Below are positions 38,144-47,556 of a stretch of DNA of 64,000 nt, one piece after another. Each line of letters begins with the position of its first letter. The stretch's first letter is position 1. A program made the position numbers and the translations under genes. The stretch spans positions 4,795 to 68,794 of the forward strand of contig CAYHCF010000008.1 of NCBI GenBank assembly GCA_964355075.1, read 5' to 3'. The DNA comes from an uncultured Chitinophaga sp. GTDB taxonomy: Bacteria; Bacteroidota; Bacteroidia; UKL13-3. The notes under the pieces were generated by a model. That model was not told the origin of the DNA, did no database searches, and worked only from the letters and a program-made list of their open reading frames with translations.

Positions 38144-38338
38144 ATTCGTACCATTCGTATTTCGTAAATCCAAAATCGTAAATCGTAAATCTCCCCATTC
38201 GTAAATCCAAAATCGTAAATCGTAAATCTCCCCATTCGTACATTCGTACATTCGTAAAATTCGTATTTCGTAAAGTCCTACATTCGTAAAATTCGTATTT
38301 CGTAAAGTCCTACATTCGTACCATTCGTATTTCGTAAA
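38144..38338. repeat. Composite TCGTA-core tandem array (7-mer AAATCGT and 8-mer TTCGTACA units) with higher-order duplications
   Basis: Read directly; the block CATTCGTAAAATTCGTATTTCGTAAAGTCCTA occurs twice in tandem, as does TTCGTAAATCCAAAATCGTAAATCGTAAATCTCCC. Confidence 0.95.
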
Positions 38339-38355
38339 AACCCTTATCATTGCAC

Positions 38356-39279
38356 ATGCGTATCATTTTCCTTGGAACCTCAGAATTTGCAGTAGCTTCT
38401 TTAGATGCAATTAATCGTGCAGCCTACGAAATTGTGGGTGTAGTAACGGCTCCCGACAAACCCGCAGGAAGAGGAATGCACTTGCAGCAATCACCCGTTA
38501 AAAAATATGCCGTTGAAAACAATCTCAAAGTTTTGCAACCCGTTAAATTGCGTGATCCTGAATTTATAAAGGAATTAGAAAGTTTAAAAGCAGACTTACA
38601 AATTGTGATTGCATTCAGGATGCTTCCTGAAACGGTTTGGAATATGCCTTCCTTAGGCACCATTAATCTTCATGCTTCTCTACTTCCTGATTACAGAGGT
38701 GCAGCGCCTATAAATTGGGCTATTATTAATGGAGAAAAAAAGTCGGGAGTGAGTACATTCTTTTTAAAACATGATATTGATACCGGTGATATTTTGATGC
38801 AGGAAGAGCTTGAAATCCGTGAAGACATGACTGCTGGTGAATTGCACGATGCATTGATGGATTTGGGATCAAAAGTTATTTTGAAGTCATTAAATCTTAT
38901 TGAAGACGGAAAAATAATGGGTACTCCACAAAAAATGGATTCAACAAAAATTGCTCCAAAAATTTTTAAAAATCATTGCTTAATTGATTGGAATCAAGCC
39001 GGAAGTACAATAAATAATTTAATTCGGGGACTCAGTCCGTATCCGGCAGCATTCCTGATATTTGAAAGCAAGAATATGAAGGTTTATAAATCCATATTTG
39101 AACCTTCGTCACACAATTTTAAGAATGGTGAAATTATAAGTGATCAAAAGACATTTTTAAAGATTGCCTGTACCGATGGTTTTATCAGCCTGACCGATGT
39201 GCAATTGGAATCAAAAAAAAGGATGTTAATAGAAGATTTCCTAAGAGGGCATCACTTAACAAATTTTATACAAAAATAG
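38356..39279 (+). CDS. fmt: Methionyl-tRNA formyltransferase
   Basis: IIFLGT.EFA, PDKPAGRG, NLHASLLP.YRGAAPI and IRGLSPYP motifs; ATG 38356. Confidence 0.97.
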   Translation: MRIIFLGTSEFAVASLDAINRAAYEIVGVVTAPDKPAGRGMHLQQSPVKKYAVENNLKVLQPVKLRDPEFIKELESLKADLQIVIAFRMLPETVWNMPSLGTINLHASLLPDYRGAAPINWAIINGEKKSGVSTFFLKHDIDTGDILMQEELEIREDMTAGELHDALMDLGSKVILKSLNLIEDGKIMGTPQKMDSTKIAPKIFKNHCLIDWNQAGSTINNLIRGLSPYPAAFLIFESKNMKVYKSIFEPSSHNFKNGEIISDQKTFLKIACTDGFISLTDVQLESKKRMLIEDFLRGHHLTNFIQK

Positions 39280-39280
39280 T

Positions 39281-41707
39281 TTAAAAAGAACGTATGGCCC
39301 GAACTACCCCAAGGGTTGATTTAGCTGCTGAGGATTGTGTACTGGTGGAAAAATTCTGTATCCATGCATTTGTTTGATTCGCCTCGGTTGAGCTCCAGTA
39401 ATTTCCGCTAAACCCGCCCACAACACCTTGTTGCCCAAATAATAAATTCAATTCAGATTTTGATGGCAAATACCAATCTCCATATGTTACTCCATTTACC
39501 GAAACAGAATATTCATTACAAACGGATGCTGCAAAAGCCCCAACACTAATATCCACTGTTGCCTGATTCGCAATTCCAATTAATGTATTTGATTTTCCGG
39601 CTCCAACGCCATCTGCCCTGGCTCTGGTATTGATATTTGAACCACCGTACCACCGTACACCCGGGCTTCCAAACTGATCGGAGGTAGAAGAAATTAATCC
39701 ATGTAAACCACCATCAAAAACAAAGAATACGATTCCGCCACCATAGCTTTCTCCAATATAATGAACCGGGTGATTTACTACCGACCAATTAGCTCCATCA
39801 CTTACCAATTGTATCAAATTATTTTTTACATCTAATCGTAAAGCTCCCGAAACAGCAGCATCAATGGTTTGACTTGAGGTAGTATTGATTGTAACTATTC
39901 CTGTGTTAATATTTTTTATCGTATAAATCCTGCCTGTAATTCCAACTGAGCTTGGTAGCGTTACTGAAAATGCAGAAGAATTATTACACAAAACAACCGA
40001 ATAAGTATCATCTAAAGTTGTATTACTGGTTATGGTTGCAACGGCATGGGATGCACTGATTACACCGGTTGCAATGGTAATACCCCGGCCTGCTGTATAA
40101 GTTCCGGCCGGACCAATCAGGCTCAGTCCTGATCCCCAGGCTCCGGAGGTTTTAGGCCCATATAACAGACTGGTTGCAGTATTAATATAAAAGTCACTGT
40201 CTTTACCTATACCTGCTGTTGGCGTAATTATTCCATTTAAAATTGTTTTTCCCTCGGCTCCCTGAACTCCTTGTGGTCCTGTGGGGCCAATAAGACCCTG
40301 AGGTCCGACAATACTGGTTCCAACACCCCAATTTCCAAATGACTTTGGCCCAAAAATATCATAGGTTGATGTATTAATATAAAAATCTCCGTCCTTGCCT
40401 GTTGCGGGACCCGGGTCAACCGTTCCGTTTAAAAGAGATCTGCCCGCAGCACCCTGAGTACCGGTAGGTCCAATTAAACTTGCCGGAAATCCCCAACTGC
40501 CTCCTAAACTGGGTCCGAATAAATTGTAAGTAGAAGTATTTAGATAAAAATCGCCATCGTTTCCTGTACCGGGATTGGGATCAACAGGTCCATTTAAAAC
40601 TGTTTTTCCATTTAAACCACTTACTCCAGTAGTTCCAATTGGGCCAGTTGCTCCGGTATTACCGGTAACTCCCTGGGGTCCAATCAGACTTATTCCACTT
40701 CCCCAGACACCTGCAGTTTTTGGACCATACAATTGGTTGGTCAGTGTATTAATATAAAAATCACCATTTACTCCCAAAGAAACGAGAGGTGCCGTAATTC
40801 CATTCAAAATCGTTTTTCCATCTGTACCGGTAACTCCTGTAGCCCCGGTAGCTCCGGTCGGCCCTGTTGCTCCTTGTAGCCCCGTTGCACCAGTTGCACC
40901 TGCAGGTCCAACCAAACTTACACCTGCTCCCCATGTACCTGCGGTCTTGGGTCCAAAAATCTGATTGGTTAAGGTGTTTAGATAGAAATCGCCATTTACA
41001 CCAATTGCAGCACCCGGAATAGTTGTTCCATTCAAAACGGTATTCCCATTTAATCCTGCAGGACCGGTTGCGCCATTGGCTCCGGATGCTCCGGTAGAAC
41101 CCGTTGGACCTGTTGCTCCTGTTGCTCCGGCTGCTCCCGATACACCGGGCAAGCCCTGAAGACCTGATGCACCATCTAAACCCGTTGGTCCGGTGGGTCC
41201 GGTCGGACCTTGAAGTCCATCAGCACCTGCCAAACCCGGAGGACCTTGAGGGCCTGTTGGACCAGCTGGCCCGGCTGTTCCATTTCCGGCATATAAGGCA
41301 TAGGGTACACTTAATAATTCACTGGTTCCAACAATGGTATAATTTGTTCCTCCCAGAGGATCCGTTTCTGTTTTAATATAATACGGACCATTTGCCCAAT
41401 CAATATCCTTGAAATAAGTTGTTCCTGTTGCAAATCCTCCTCCGATAAAAATAGTAACCAAACCATTCTCATTAGTAGTTGGCGTATGGGTTTCAGCAAA
41501 AACAACTGTACCGCTCGGGCTTCCTTGAATAATGCTGGTAAGCATAGCCACATTTGTGTTTTTGATTAACACATTGCTGGAATTTCTAATCACTGCCTGA
41601 AAGCTCATTTTAAATGGCGCTTGCGACCAAACATTGAAAGTAAACGTGGAGGAAATAAATACTATTAATAATATTCTTTTTAAGTTAAATCGGAATAAAT
41701 TTTTCAT
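39281..41707 (-). CDS. Secreted collagen-like fibre protein with five GDFYxNT knob repeats and a C-terminal DUF1566/Lcl (C-type lectin-like) domain
   Basis: Signal peptide; QAP.KMSFQAVIRN...SVPYALYA N-domain; G-X-Y runs; five LNG...GDFY.NT...GPK...WG..SL.GP repeats; IGESYGGGIVF, WYLPSKSEL, YWSSTE and VRAIRSF motifs. Confidence 0.85.
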   Translation of the reverse strand: MKNLFRFNLKRILLIVFISSTFTFNVWSQAPFKMSFQAVIRNSSNVLIKNTNVAMLTSIIQGSPSGTVVFAETHTPTTNENGLVTIFIGGGFATGTTYFKDIDWANGPYYIKTETDPLGGTNYTIVGTSELLSVPYALYAGNGTAGPAGPTGPQGPPGLAGADGLQGPTGPTGPTGLDGASGLQGLPGVSGAAGATGATGPTGSTGASGANGATGPAGLNGNTVLNGTTIPGAAIGVNGDFYLNTLTNQIFGPKTAGTWGAGVSLVGPAGATGATGLQGATGPTGATGATGVTGTDGKTILNGITAPLVSLGVNGDFYINTLTNQLYGPKTAGVWGSGISLIGPQGVTGNTGATGPIGTTGVSGLNGKTVLNGPVDPNPGTGNDGDFYLNTSTYNLFGPSLGGSWGFPASLIGPTGTQGAAGRSLLNGTVDPGPATGKDGDFYINTSTYDIFGPKSFGNWGVGTSIVGPQGLIGPTGPQGVQGAEGKTILNGIITPTAGIGKDSDFYINTATSLLYGPKTSGAWGSGLSLIGPAGTYTAGRGITIATGVISASHAVATITSNTTLDDTYSVVLCNNSSAFSVTLPSSVGITGRIYTIKNINTGIVTINTTSSQTIDAAVSGALRLDVKNNLIQLVSDGANWSVVNHPVHYIGESYGGGIVFFVFDGGLHGLISSTSDQFGSPGVRWYGGSNINTRARADGVGAGKSNTLIGIANQATVDISVGAFAASVCNEYSVSVNGVTYGDWYLPSKSELNLLFGQQGVVGGFSGNYWSSTEANQTNAWIQNFSTSTQSSAAKSTLGVVRAIRSF

Positions 41708-41713
41708 ATTAAT

Positions 41714-42193
41714 TTAGTTTTTTGTAATTTTAAATGTTTTAATTTCTGATTTCGAATCACATACTTTTAGAAAATAAGACGCTGAGGCGTATGAATCTAA
41801 TGGTATTGAGGTTTCAGCAAGGAGTATTCCCTGTTTTAACAATAGTTTTCCATTCATGTCATAAAATTCGAATGTATAATTTTCGGGATTCAAGCTTTCA
41901 ATTTTTAATTTAAGAATATCATTGGTTGGGTTGGGATAAACACTTGCAGACAAATTAATCCGTTTCTCCTCTATACCCTGAACGATTAATATTTCATAGG
42001 GCTGTTGAACTCCTTGCGTAACCCTGCCACCTGCTCCCTGACTGCTGAGGCAATCAACCTGCCCGACAGAATAGCTAACGGTACCCCCGCTTCCGGTCGC
42101 CATTCCCCCGGTTGGAAGGGTGGTTTGTTGAGCACTTACTATTCCGCACATGGAAATAAATAAGATAAGCAATATTGTTTTCGTCATTTTCAT
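41714..42193 (-). CDS. Small T9SS type A CTD protein (short GG.ATGSGG.VSYSVGQ / QGVQQPYE N-region)
   Basis: Signal peptide, about 50-aa conserved segment, then VYPNPT...YFLKV...TFKITKN CTD; 6 nt upstream of the fibre gene. Confidence 0.85.
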   Translation of the reverse strand: MKMTKTILLILFISMCGIVSAQQTTLPTGGMATGSGGTVSYSVGQVDCLSSQGAGGRVTQGVQQPYEILIVQGIEEKRINLSASVYPNPTNDILKLKIESLNPENYTFEFYDMNGKLLLKQGILLAETSIPLDSYASASYFLKVCDSKSEIKTFKITKN

Positions 42194-42207
42194 TGAAGTT
42201 TAATAGA

Positions 42208-42215
42208 CAAATATA
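42208..42215 (-). promoter_or_regulatory. Bacteroidota -7 promoter box TATATTTG for the CTD/fibre operon
   Basis: CAAATATA on the plus strand just upstream of 42193. Confidence 0.55.
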
Positions 42216-42421
42216 TAATTAATTGTTTATTGAATATAGAGTATTATTTGAACCCATGTTAATATCAAAACAAAATGAAGGCTTATAAAAACATCCAATA
42301 AACAGCTGGTATTACCTGAAAATGAATTAATAAGGAAAAAGGATTAACAAAAAAAGTGAAAACAGGAAATAAACGCATTAGCATTTATTAGACAATAGGA
42401 ACGTATGTGCTATAAATGATA

Positions 42422-44578
42422 TTAAAGGTTCACCCCCATTTCATTCAACACATGTTGCGCTTTGGCCACTTTTTGCAATACCCATAAAACATAACGGATA
42501 TCAACAGCAACACTCCTGCTATATGCTTCATTCCATGCATAATCATTGATCGTTGCTGTATAGGCTCTATCAAAATTAACTCCCACCAGATTTCCATCCG
42601 CATCTAAAACCGGACTACCACTATTCCCTCCGGTTGTATCTAAATTATAGAGGAAGTTAACCGGCAAATCATTTAAGGCAGGATTCATCAAAATACCATA
42701 GTCCTTTGCTGCATAAAGGTCTTTGATAAGCTGCATCAATTCAAAATCCTTACCATCTTCTTTTTCAATCACACCTGTTAAGGTGGTAAATGGTTTGTTC
42801 CACTCTCCATCGTTGGGATAATATCCTTTCACATACCCATAAGTAAACCGCAATGTTGAATTGGCATCAGGTATAAATTGCTTTTGTTTAAAGGCACTTT
42901 TTGCATCCGTATACGCCGATAACAAACTATTTAGCGCTCCGTCTCTGGTACGATCTTCTTCATCAAAACGATTCATTTCTTCGTTCAATCCGGATGAAAG
43001 ATTAATCAATCCGTCTTTGATTTCAAAAATATCATCGCTGCTATCCGCTAATAATTTCAGCATTAATTTTGAATCGTTTAAGCGGGTTTGCTGGTAGAGT
43101 TTATCAACCTGCTTTTGTCTGGATTCAACACTTCCATACTGTTTGTAAAAATGGGTGACTGTTACCACTTCATTTGAAGCGTTATTAGCATTGGCATCAT
43201 TAAACATTTTCAGCAAGGCAGGTTTTTCAAATGAGGGATTCATTTGTCCGTATAATTTTTGAAAGGTGACCTTCAACCTTGGAATTTGCAATGCTAAAAA
43301 TTTCGCCTTTTCTTCTTTCGATTTGAGTTTCAGATAAGCCCCCTTATAGTTACTTACCGCAGCTGCAAACTGAAGTGTTGGCAATACATTATACACATAA
43401 TCATAAAATAAATTCCGGGGCGCAAATTTGATGATCTCCTCATATATTTTATTGATAGCAGGAACCACATTCCCATATTGCTTTTTCAGCACAGGATCCG
43501 AATTGATAAAGCTTTGCATCCTTGATTCTTCTTCAAATTTTTTGGCAGTTAATCCTACCCTTCTGAAACCTTGTAATTTACCTTTATAATTTTTAGTTGT
43601 ATTCGCCAACGACTTTATTCTTCCTGAATATTTTATTTGTAAACTATCGCTCCCTTTGCTCATTTCTTCCATTTGATTGATTTCCCAGTCAAATAAATCA
43701 CTCACATATTTCAACATATACTCTTCATGATATTTGTAAAAAGACGCTGGCTGATTCCTAAATGTTCGTCCCGGATAACCCAAAATAAAAACATAATCAT
43801 TTTCATTGATTCCCTGTACGTTTATTTTTAAATGACGAGCCGGCTTAAAAGGCACATTTTTTAGATTATAATCAGCTGGAGTTCCATCGGGAGCAACATA
43901 TGCACGCAAAAAAGCAAAATCTCCGCTGTGTCTGGGCCAAACCCAATTATCCCGTTCTCCGCCATATTCGCCGATACTGCGGGCCGGAACATAAACCAAT
44001 CGTACGTCTTTTAACATCTGATACCTGAATAACACATAAGTTCTTCCGGTAAACATTTCCGAAATCTCACATTGCAAACCCGGGTTCTTTTTGTTCTCTG
44101 CATCGTTAATTGTTTTTATGTTTTCTGAAATAATTTTCAATCGCTCCAATGGATTATTGGTACTTTGAGTACCCATTAAAACCTGACCGGAGACATCCAT
44201 ATAACTGGATGTAATTTTGCATACCAAACCTTTTGCCGGAGATTCCTGAGACCGGTCTTTTGCCAAAAATCCTTCCTTTATATAATTGTTTTGAACCGTA
44301 CTGATAGCCTGAACAAAACCAAATGCACAATGATGATTGGTAACCAATAATCCATCTCCGGAAACAAAGGATCCGGTACATCCACCAACCCTTACAATGG
44401 CATCAACCAAACTCACTCCATTTGGATTGTATAAGGCAATAGGTTCCATGCGTAAACCCGCCTTTTTTAAATCAATATTTTTTAATTCGGATAAAGGAAA
44501 TATACCTTCATCTGCTTTGTGGCTGCTTAGCAAAAACGTTGAGGCAAATGCAGCCATGAATAATATTATTTTTTTCAT
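42422..44578 (-). CDS. S46 family dipeptidyl peptidase (DPP11-like)
   Basis: ADEG, GCTGSFVS..GL..TNHHC, DNW.WPRH.GDF, DANSTLR.TYG, TGGNSGSPV and NFDR motifs; ATG 44578 gives a normal signal peptide. Confidence 0.93.
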   Translation of the reverse strand: MKKIILFMAAFASTFLLSSHKADEGIFPLSELKNIDLKKAGLRMEPIALYNPNGVSLVDAIVRVGGCTGSFVSGDGLLVTNHHCAFGFVQAISTVQNNYIKEGFLAKDRSQESPAKGLVCKITSSYMDVSGQVLMGTQSTNNPLERLKIISENIKTINDAENKKNPGLQCEISEMFTGRTYVLFRYQMLKDVRLVYVPARSIGEYGGERDNWVWPRHSGDFAFLRAYVAPDGTPADYNLKNVPFKPARHLKINVQGINENDYVFILGYPGRTFRNQPASFYKYHEEYMLKYVSDLFDWEINQMEEMSKGSDSLQIKYSGRIKSLANTTKNYKGKLQGFRRVGLTAKKFEEESRMQSFINSDPVLKKQYGNVVPAINKIYEEIIKFAPRNLFYDYVYNVLPTLQFAAAVSNYKGAYLKLKSKEEKAKFLALQIPRLKVTFQKLYGQMNPSFEKPALLKMFNDANANNASNEVVTVTHFYKQYGSVESRQKQVDKLYQQTRLNDSKLMLKLLADSSDDIFEIKDGLINLSSGLNEEMNRFDEEDRTRDGALNSLLSAYTDAKSAFKQKQFIPDANSTLRFTYGYVKGYYPNDGEWNKPFTTLTGVIEKEDGKDFELMQLIKDLYAAKDYGILMNPALNDLPVNFLYNLDTTGGNSGSPVLDADGNLVGVNFDRAYTATINDYAWNEAYSRSVAVDIRYVLWVLQKVAKAQHVLNEMGVNL

Positions 44579-44638
44579 AGGGACGAATATACTAAAAATG
44601 TCCGGAGTGAGAAAAACTATCCGCTGCAAAGTCTGATT

Positions 44639-45343
44639 TCAATTTGCGATTTCGAACTTCCTCAAACCCTGTATAGCATTACTTAATAAAATTTCATCGG
44701 CCTTGTTCAATTCACTCATTGAACAGGATTTTTCAATAACCTTATTTTGCCCCATAAAAACTTCCCGCATAATCCCTTCCACACATCCATCACTTAATGG
44801 CGGTGTAAACCATTGCCTGTTGATACGCCAAAATATATTTGAAGAGCTTGCCTCAATAATATTTCCTTTAGAATTTAATATGAGCGCATCATCTAACTCC
44901 TTTTCTCGTGCCCAGATACTTGCCATCACATATATTAATGAATTGCCTGATTTGATATTGGATAAAGGTCCCGGGGATTTCGTTTGTTCTTCAAAAACTC
45001 CGATTCGAAGCGGCTTTTCGGTAACTTTAGGTTCAAAAGGAAATACTTCAGTAATATATTCTATTTTATGCGAGTCGGGCAGGTAAAATCCATTGGCATT
45101 TCTGTAAACTACAAACCGTAATCTCAATATTTCAGAAGATTGGGGGTAATTTGTTCGATGATTTTTGACAGCTTCGCAAACCTCCTTTTCAAATATTTCG
45201 AAATCAAATTTCCTGAAATCGAATTTTAAAACCCTCATTCCATGCATCAAACGCTTATAATGTAGGGCTAAATATTGTGGTTCTATTCCCACAATCCGGA
45301 TACTTTCGAAAAGCAAATCCCCATAAATATTTGAACGGTTCAT
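44639..45343 (-). CDS. Class IV PLP-dependent aminotransferase / aminodeoxychorismate lyase-like
   Basis: YGDLLFESIR, HYKRL, NIKS, EASSSNIF, GCVEGIMR and LSNA motifs. Confidence 0.85.
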   Translation of the reverse strand: MNRSNIYGDLLFESIRIVGIEPQYLALHYKRLMHGMRVLKFDFRKFDFEIFEKEVCEAVKNHRTNYPQSSEILRLRFVVYRNANGFYLPDSHKIEYITEVFPFEPKVTEKPLRIGVFEEQTKSPGPLSNIKSGNSLIYVMASIWAREKELDDALILNSKGNIIEASSSNIFWRINRQWFTPPLSDGCVEGIMREVFMGQNKVIEKSCSMSELNKADEILLSNAIQGLRKFEIAN

Positions 45344-45373
45344 AGAAATTATTTGTTGGTAAAGGTAAAATCA

Positions 45374-45381
45374 TACATTTG
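45374..45381 (+). promoter_or_regulatory. Bacteroidota -7 promoter box TACATTTG
   Basis: Upstream of the thiolase ATG. Confidence 0.55.
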
Positions 45382-45413
45382 CCGCACAAAATTTTATTTA
45401 ATATATTTTTATC

Positions 45414-46601
45414 ATGATGAAAACTGTTTATATTGTATCAGCTGCACGTACGCCAATTGGCGCATTCAATAGTTCTCTGGCAGCATTAAGTGCACCCCAA
45501 TTAGGGGCTATTGCTATTAAAGGGGCTATTCAAAAAGCCGGAATCACACCTGAAATGATTCAGGAAGTGTTTATGGGAAATGTAATTTCAGCGGGTTTGG
45601 GTCAGGCACCAGCCACCCAAGCAATGATTTATTCCGGAATTCCCAATACGGTTCCTGCAACAGCCATCAATAAGGTTTGTGCTTCGGGATCAAAAGCAAT
45701 CATGATGGCAGCTCAAACCATTATGCTGGGTATTAATGATATTGTAATTGCAGGTGGAATGGAAAGTATGAGCAACGTGCCTTATTACTTAGACAAAGCC
45801 AGAAACGGTTACCGTATGGGACATGGAACTTTAGTTGACGGGATGATTAAAGATGGTTTGTGGGATGTTTATAAAGATTTTCATATGGGTAGTGCTGCCG
45901 AAATTTGTGCCCGCGAATACAATATAACAAGGGAAGATCAGGATAACTTTGCAATTGAAAGCTATACCCGTGCTCAGGCTGCCTACGCAAAAAATGCTTT
46001 TGCCGATGAGTTAGTTTCGGTGGAAATTCCGGTAAGAGGAAAAGATCCGATCATAGTAAGTGTGGATGAAGAATACCTGAAAGTAAATTTCGAAAAGTTA
46101 AAGGCATTGAAGCCTGCCTTCGAAAAAGACGGAACCATTACTGCTGCTAATGCCTCAAAATTAAATGATGGCGCAAGCGCCCTGGTTCTGATGAGTGAAG
46201 AAAAAGTAAAGGAATTGGGATTGAAACCTTTGGCAAAAATAATTGCTTTTGCCGATGCCGCCCAGGCTCCTGAATGGTTTTCGACTACCCCTTCCATTGC
46301 GATTCCAAAAGCACTAAAATGGGCAGGAATAGACATAAAAGATGTAGATTTTTTTGAATTAAATGAAGCCTTCTCGGTAGTGGGTTTAGTGAACATAAAA
46401 TTATTAGGCTTGGATCCGAAAAAAGTAAATGTTTACGGTGGTGCCGTTGCTTTAGGCCATCCCATTGGAAGCAGCGGAGCTCGCATCGTTGGAACATTGG
46501 CAAATATCCTTCGTAAAGAAGGCGGCAAGTATGGAGTTAGCGGTATATGCAATGGTGGCGGTGGTGCCTCAGCGATTGTTATAGAAGCTGTGAATAACTA
46601 A
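45414..46601 (+). CDS. Acetyl-CoA C-acetyltransferase (thiolase)
   Basis: RTPIG, NKVCASG, GGMESMS, NDGA, ELNEAF, GHPIGSSG and CNGGGG motifs. Confidence 0.96.
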   Translation: MMKTVYIVSAARTPIGAFNSSLAALSAPQLGAIAIKGAIQKAGITPEMIQEVFMGNVISAGLGQAPATQAMIYSGIPNTVPATAINKVCASGSKAIMMAAQTIMLGINDIVIAGGMESMSNVPYYLDKARNGYRMGHGTLVDGMIKDGLWDVYKDFHMGSAAEICAREYNITREDQDNFAIESYTRAQAAYAKNAFADELVSVEIPVRGKDPIIVSVDEEYLKVNFEKLKALKPAFEKDGTITAANASKLNDGASALVLMSEEKVKELGLKPLAKIIAFADAAQAPEWFSTTPSIAIPKALKWAGIDIKDVDFFELNEAFSVVGLVNIKLLGLDPKKVNVYGGAVALGHPIGSSGARIVGTLANILRKEGGKYGVSGICNGGGGASAIVIEAVNN

Positions 46602-46633
46602 AGATTAAAAACAATTCCAGGTAATGTTATTTT

Positions 46634-46666
46634 GAAAGGCAATTCTTTGGGATTGCCTTTCTTTTT
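46634..46666 (+). terminator. Intrinsic terminator
   Basis: GAAAGGCAAT / ATTGCCTTTC perfect 10-bp stem followed by TTTTT. Confidence 0.75.
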
Positions 46667-46671
46667 ATAAA

Positions 46672-47547
46672 ATGATGAAAAATCTGAAAATACTGTTTTT
46701 ACTGTTTTGGGTACTACTGGTCTTCAACCTGAAAGCCCAAAAATTAGATTCACTTTCTCTTGATACGATATATAATTATGAAATCAGGCTGGCAGGTTTA
46801 GGGGAACAAATGGTGAGAAGCTTTGATGAAGATACCCGAATCACATCCGGAAAATATTTCATCAGACATATGGCTCGTGCCCTCAAGATTAAAAATTCAT
46901 TTTTTTATCCATTCGACTCCCTGAAAAATATAATGATTTTAAATGCCCCTGATAATTTTTTCAGAATCATTACCTGGAATGTGGCTACCAATGATGAAAA
47001 CTTTAGGTATTTTGGGGTCATTCAAATGAATCCTGAACTGATTTTAAAACTGAATAAAAAGAAGCTTATCTATAAAGATTATTATCCCTTAATAGACAGA
47101 AGCGATAGTGTTGATGATTTTTTGTTTAAAACCCTGGATACAGAGCATTGGTTTGGAGCCGCCTACTATAAAATAATTAAAACTACATCTAAAAAAGTCG
47201 ATTATTATACGGTCTTAGGCTGGGATGGATACGGACCAAAAACCAATCGGAAAATTGCAGATGTGATCCTATTTAAAGAAGGCCGGCCTGTTTTTGGTTT
47301 CCCGATATTCGATTTGAAAAGAAAAGCCAAATTCTATCGGATGGTTTTTGAATTCAATAACAATGCAACCATGGCTTTGAAATATGATGAAAAAAAGAAA
47401 ATACTGATATTTGAGAATATTATTCCGGACAAACCTGAAAATACGGGGATGTTTGAAAGCTATTACCCGGATGGAAGCTTCGATTATTTAATTTGGAAAA
47501 AAGGGGGCTGGGAGAAACAGCCCGACGTGTTGGATAATTTTCAGTAG
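46672..47547 (+). CDS. Conserved exported hypothetical protein
   Basis: Signal peptide; long clean ORF with SFFYPFDSL, FRIITW, WFGA.YY and YPDGSFD motifs; function not recognised. Confidence 0.7.
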   Translation: MMKNLKILFLLFWVLLVFNLKAQKLDSLSLDTIYNYEIRLAGLGEQMVRSFDEDTRITSGKYFIRHMARALKIKNSFFYPFDSLKNIMILNAPDNFFRIITWNVATNDENFRYFGVIQMNPELILKLNKKKLIYKDYYPLIDRSDSVDDFLFKTLDTEHWFGAAYYKIIKTTSKKVDYYTVLGWDGYGPKTNRKIADVILFKEGRPVFGFPIFDLKRKAKFYRMVFEFNNNATMALKYDEKKKILIFENIIPDKPENTGMFESYYPDGSFDYLIWKKGGWEKQPDVLDNFQ

Positions 47548-47556
47548 CTATTAATT

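Noticed and set aside
38144-38338. Possible CRISPR array (about 32-37 bp duplicated blocks)
   Set aside because: The blocks are directly tandem with no unique spacers, and there are no cas genes.
38099-38350. 83-aa minus-strand ORF with repetitive YE/TN motifs
   Set aside because: It is simply the translation of the TCGTA tandem array.
39281-42193. Prophage remnant suggested by tail-fibre-like domains
   Set aside because: Both genes have Sec signal peptides, one has a T9SS CTD, and there are no capsid, terminase, integrase or lysis genes nearby.
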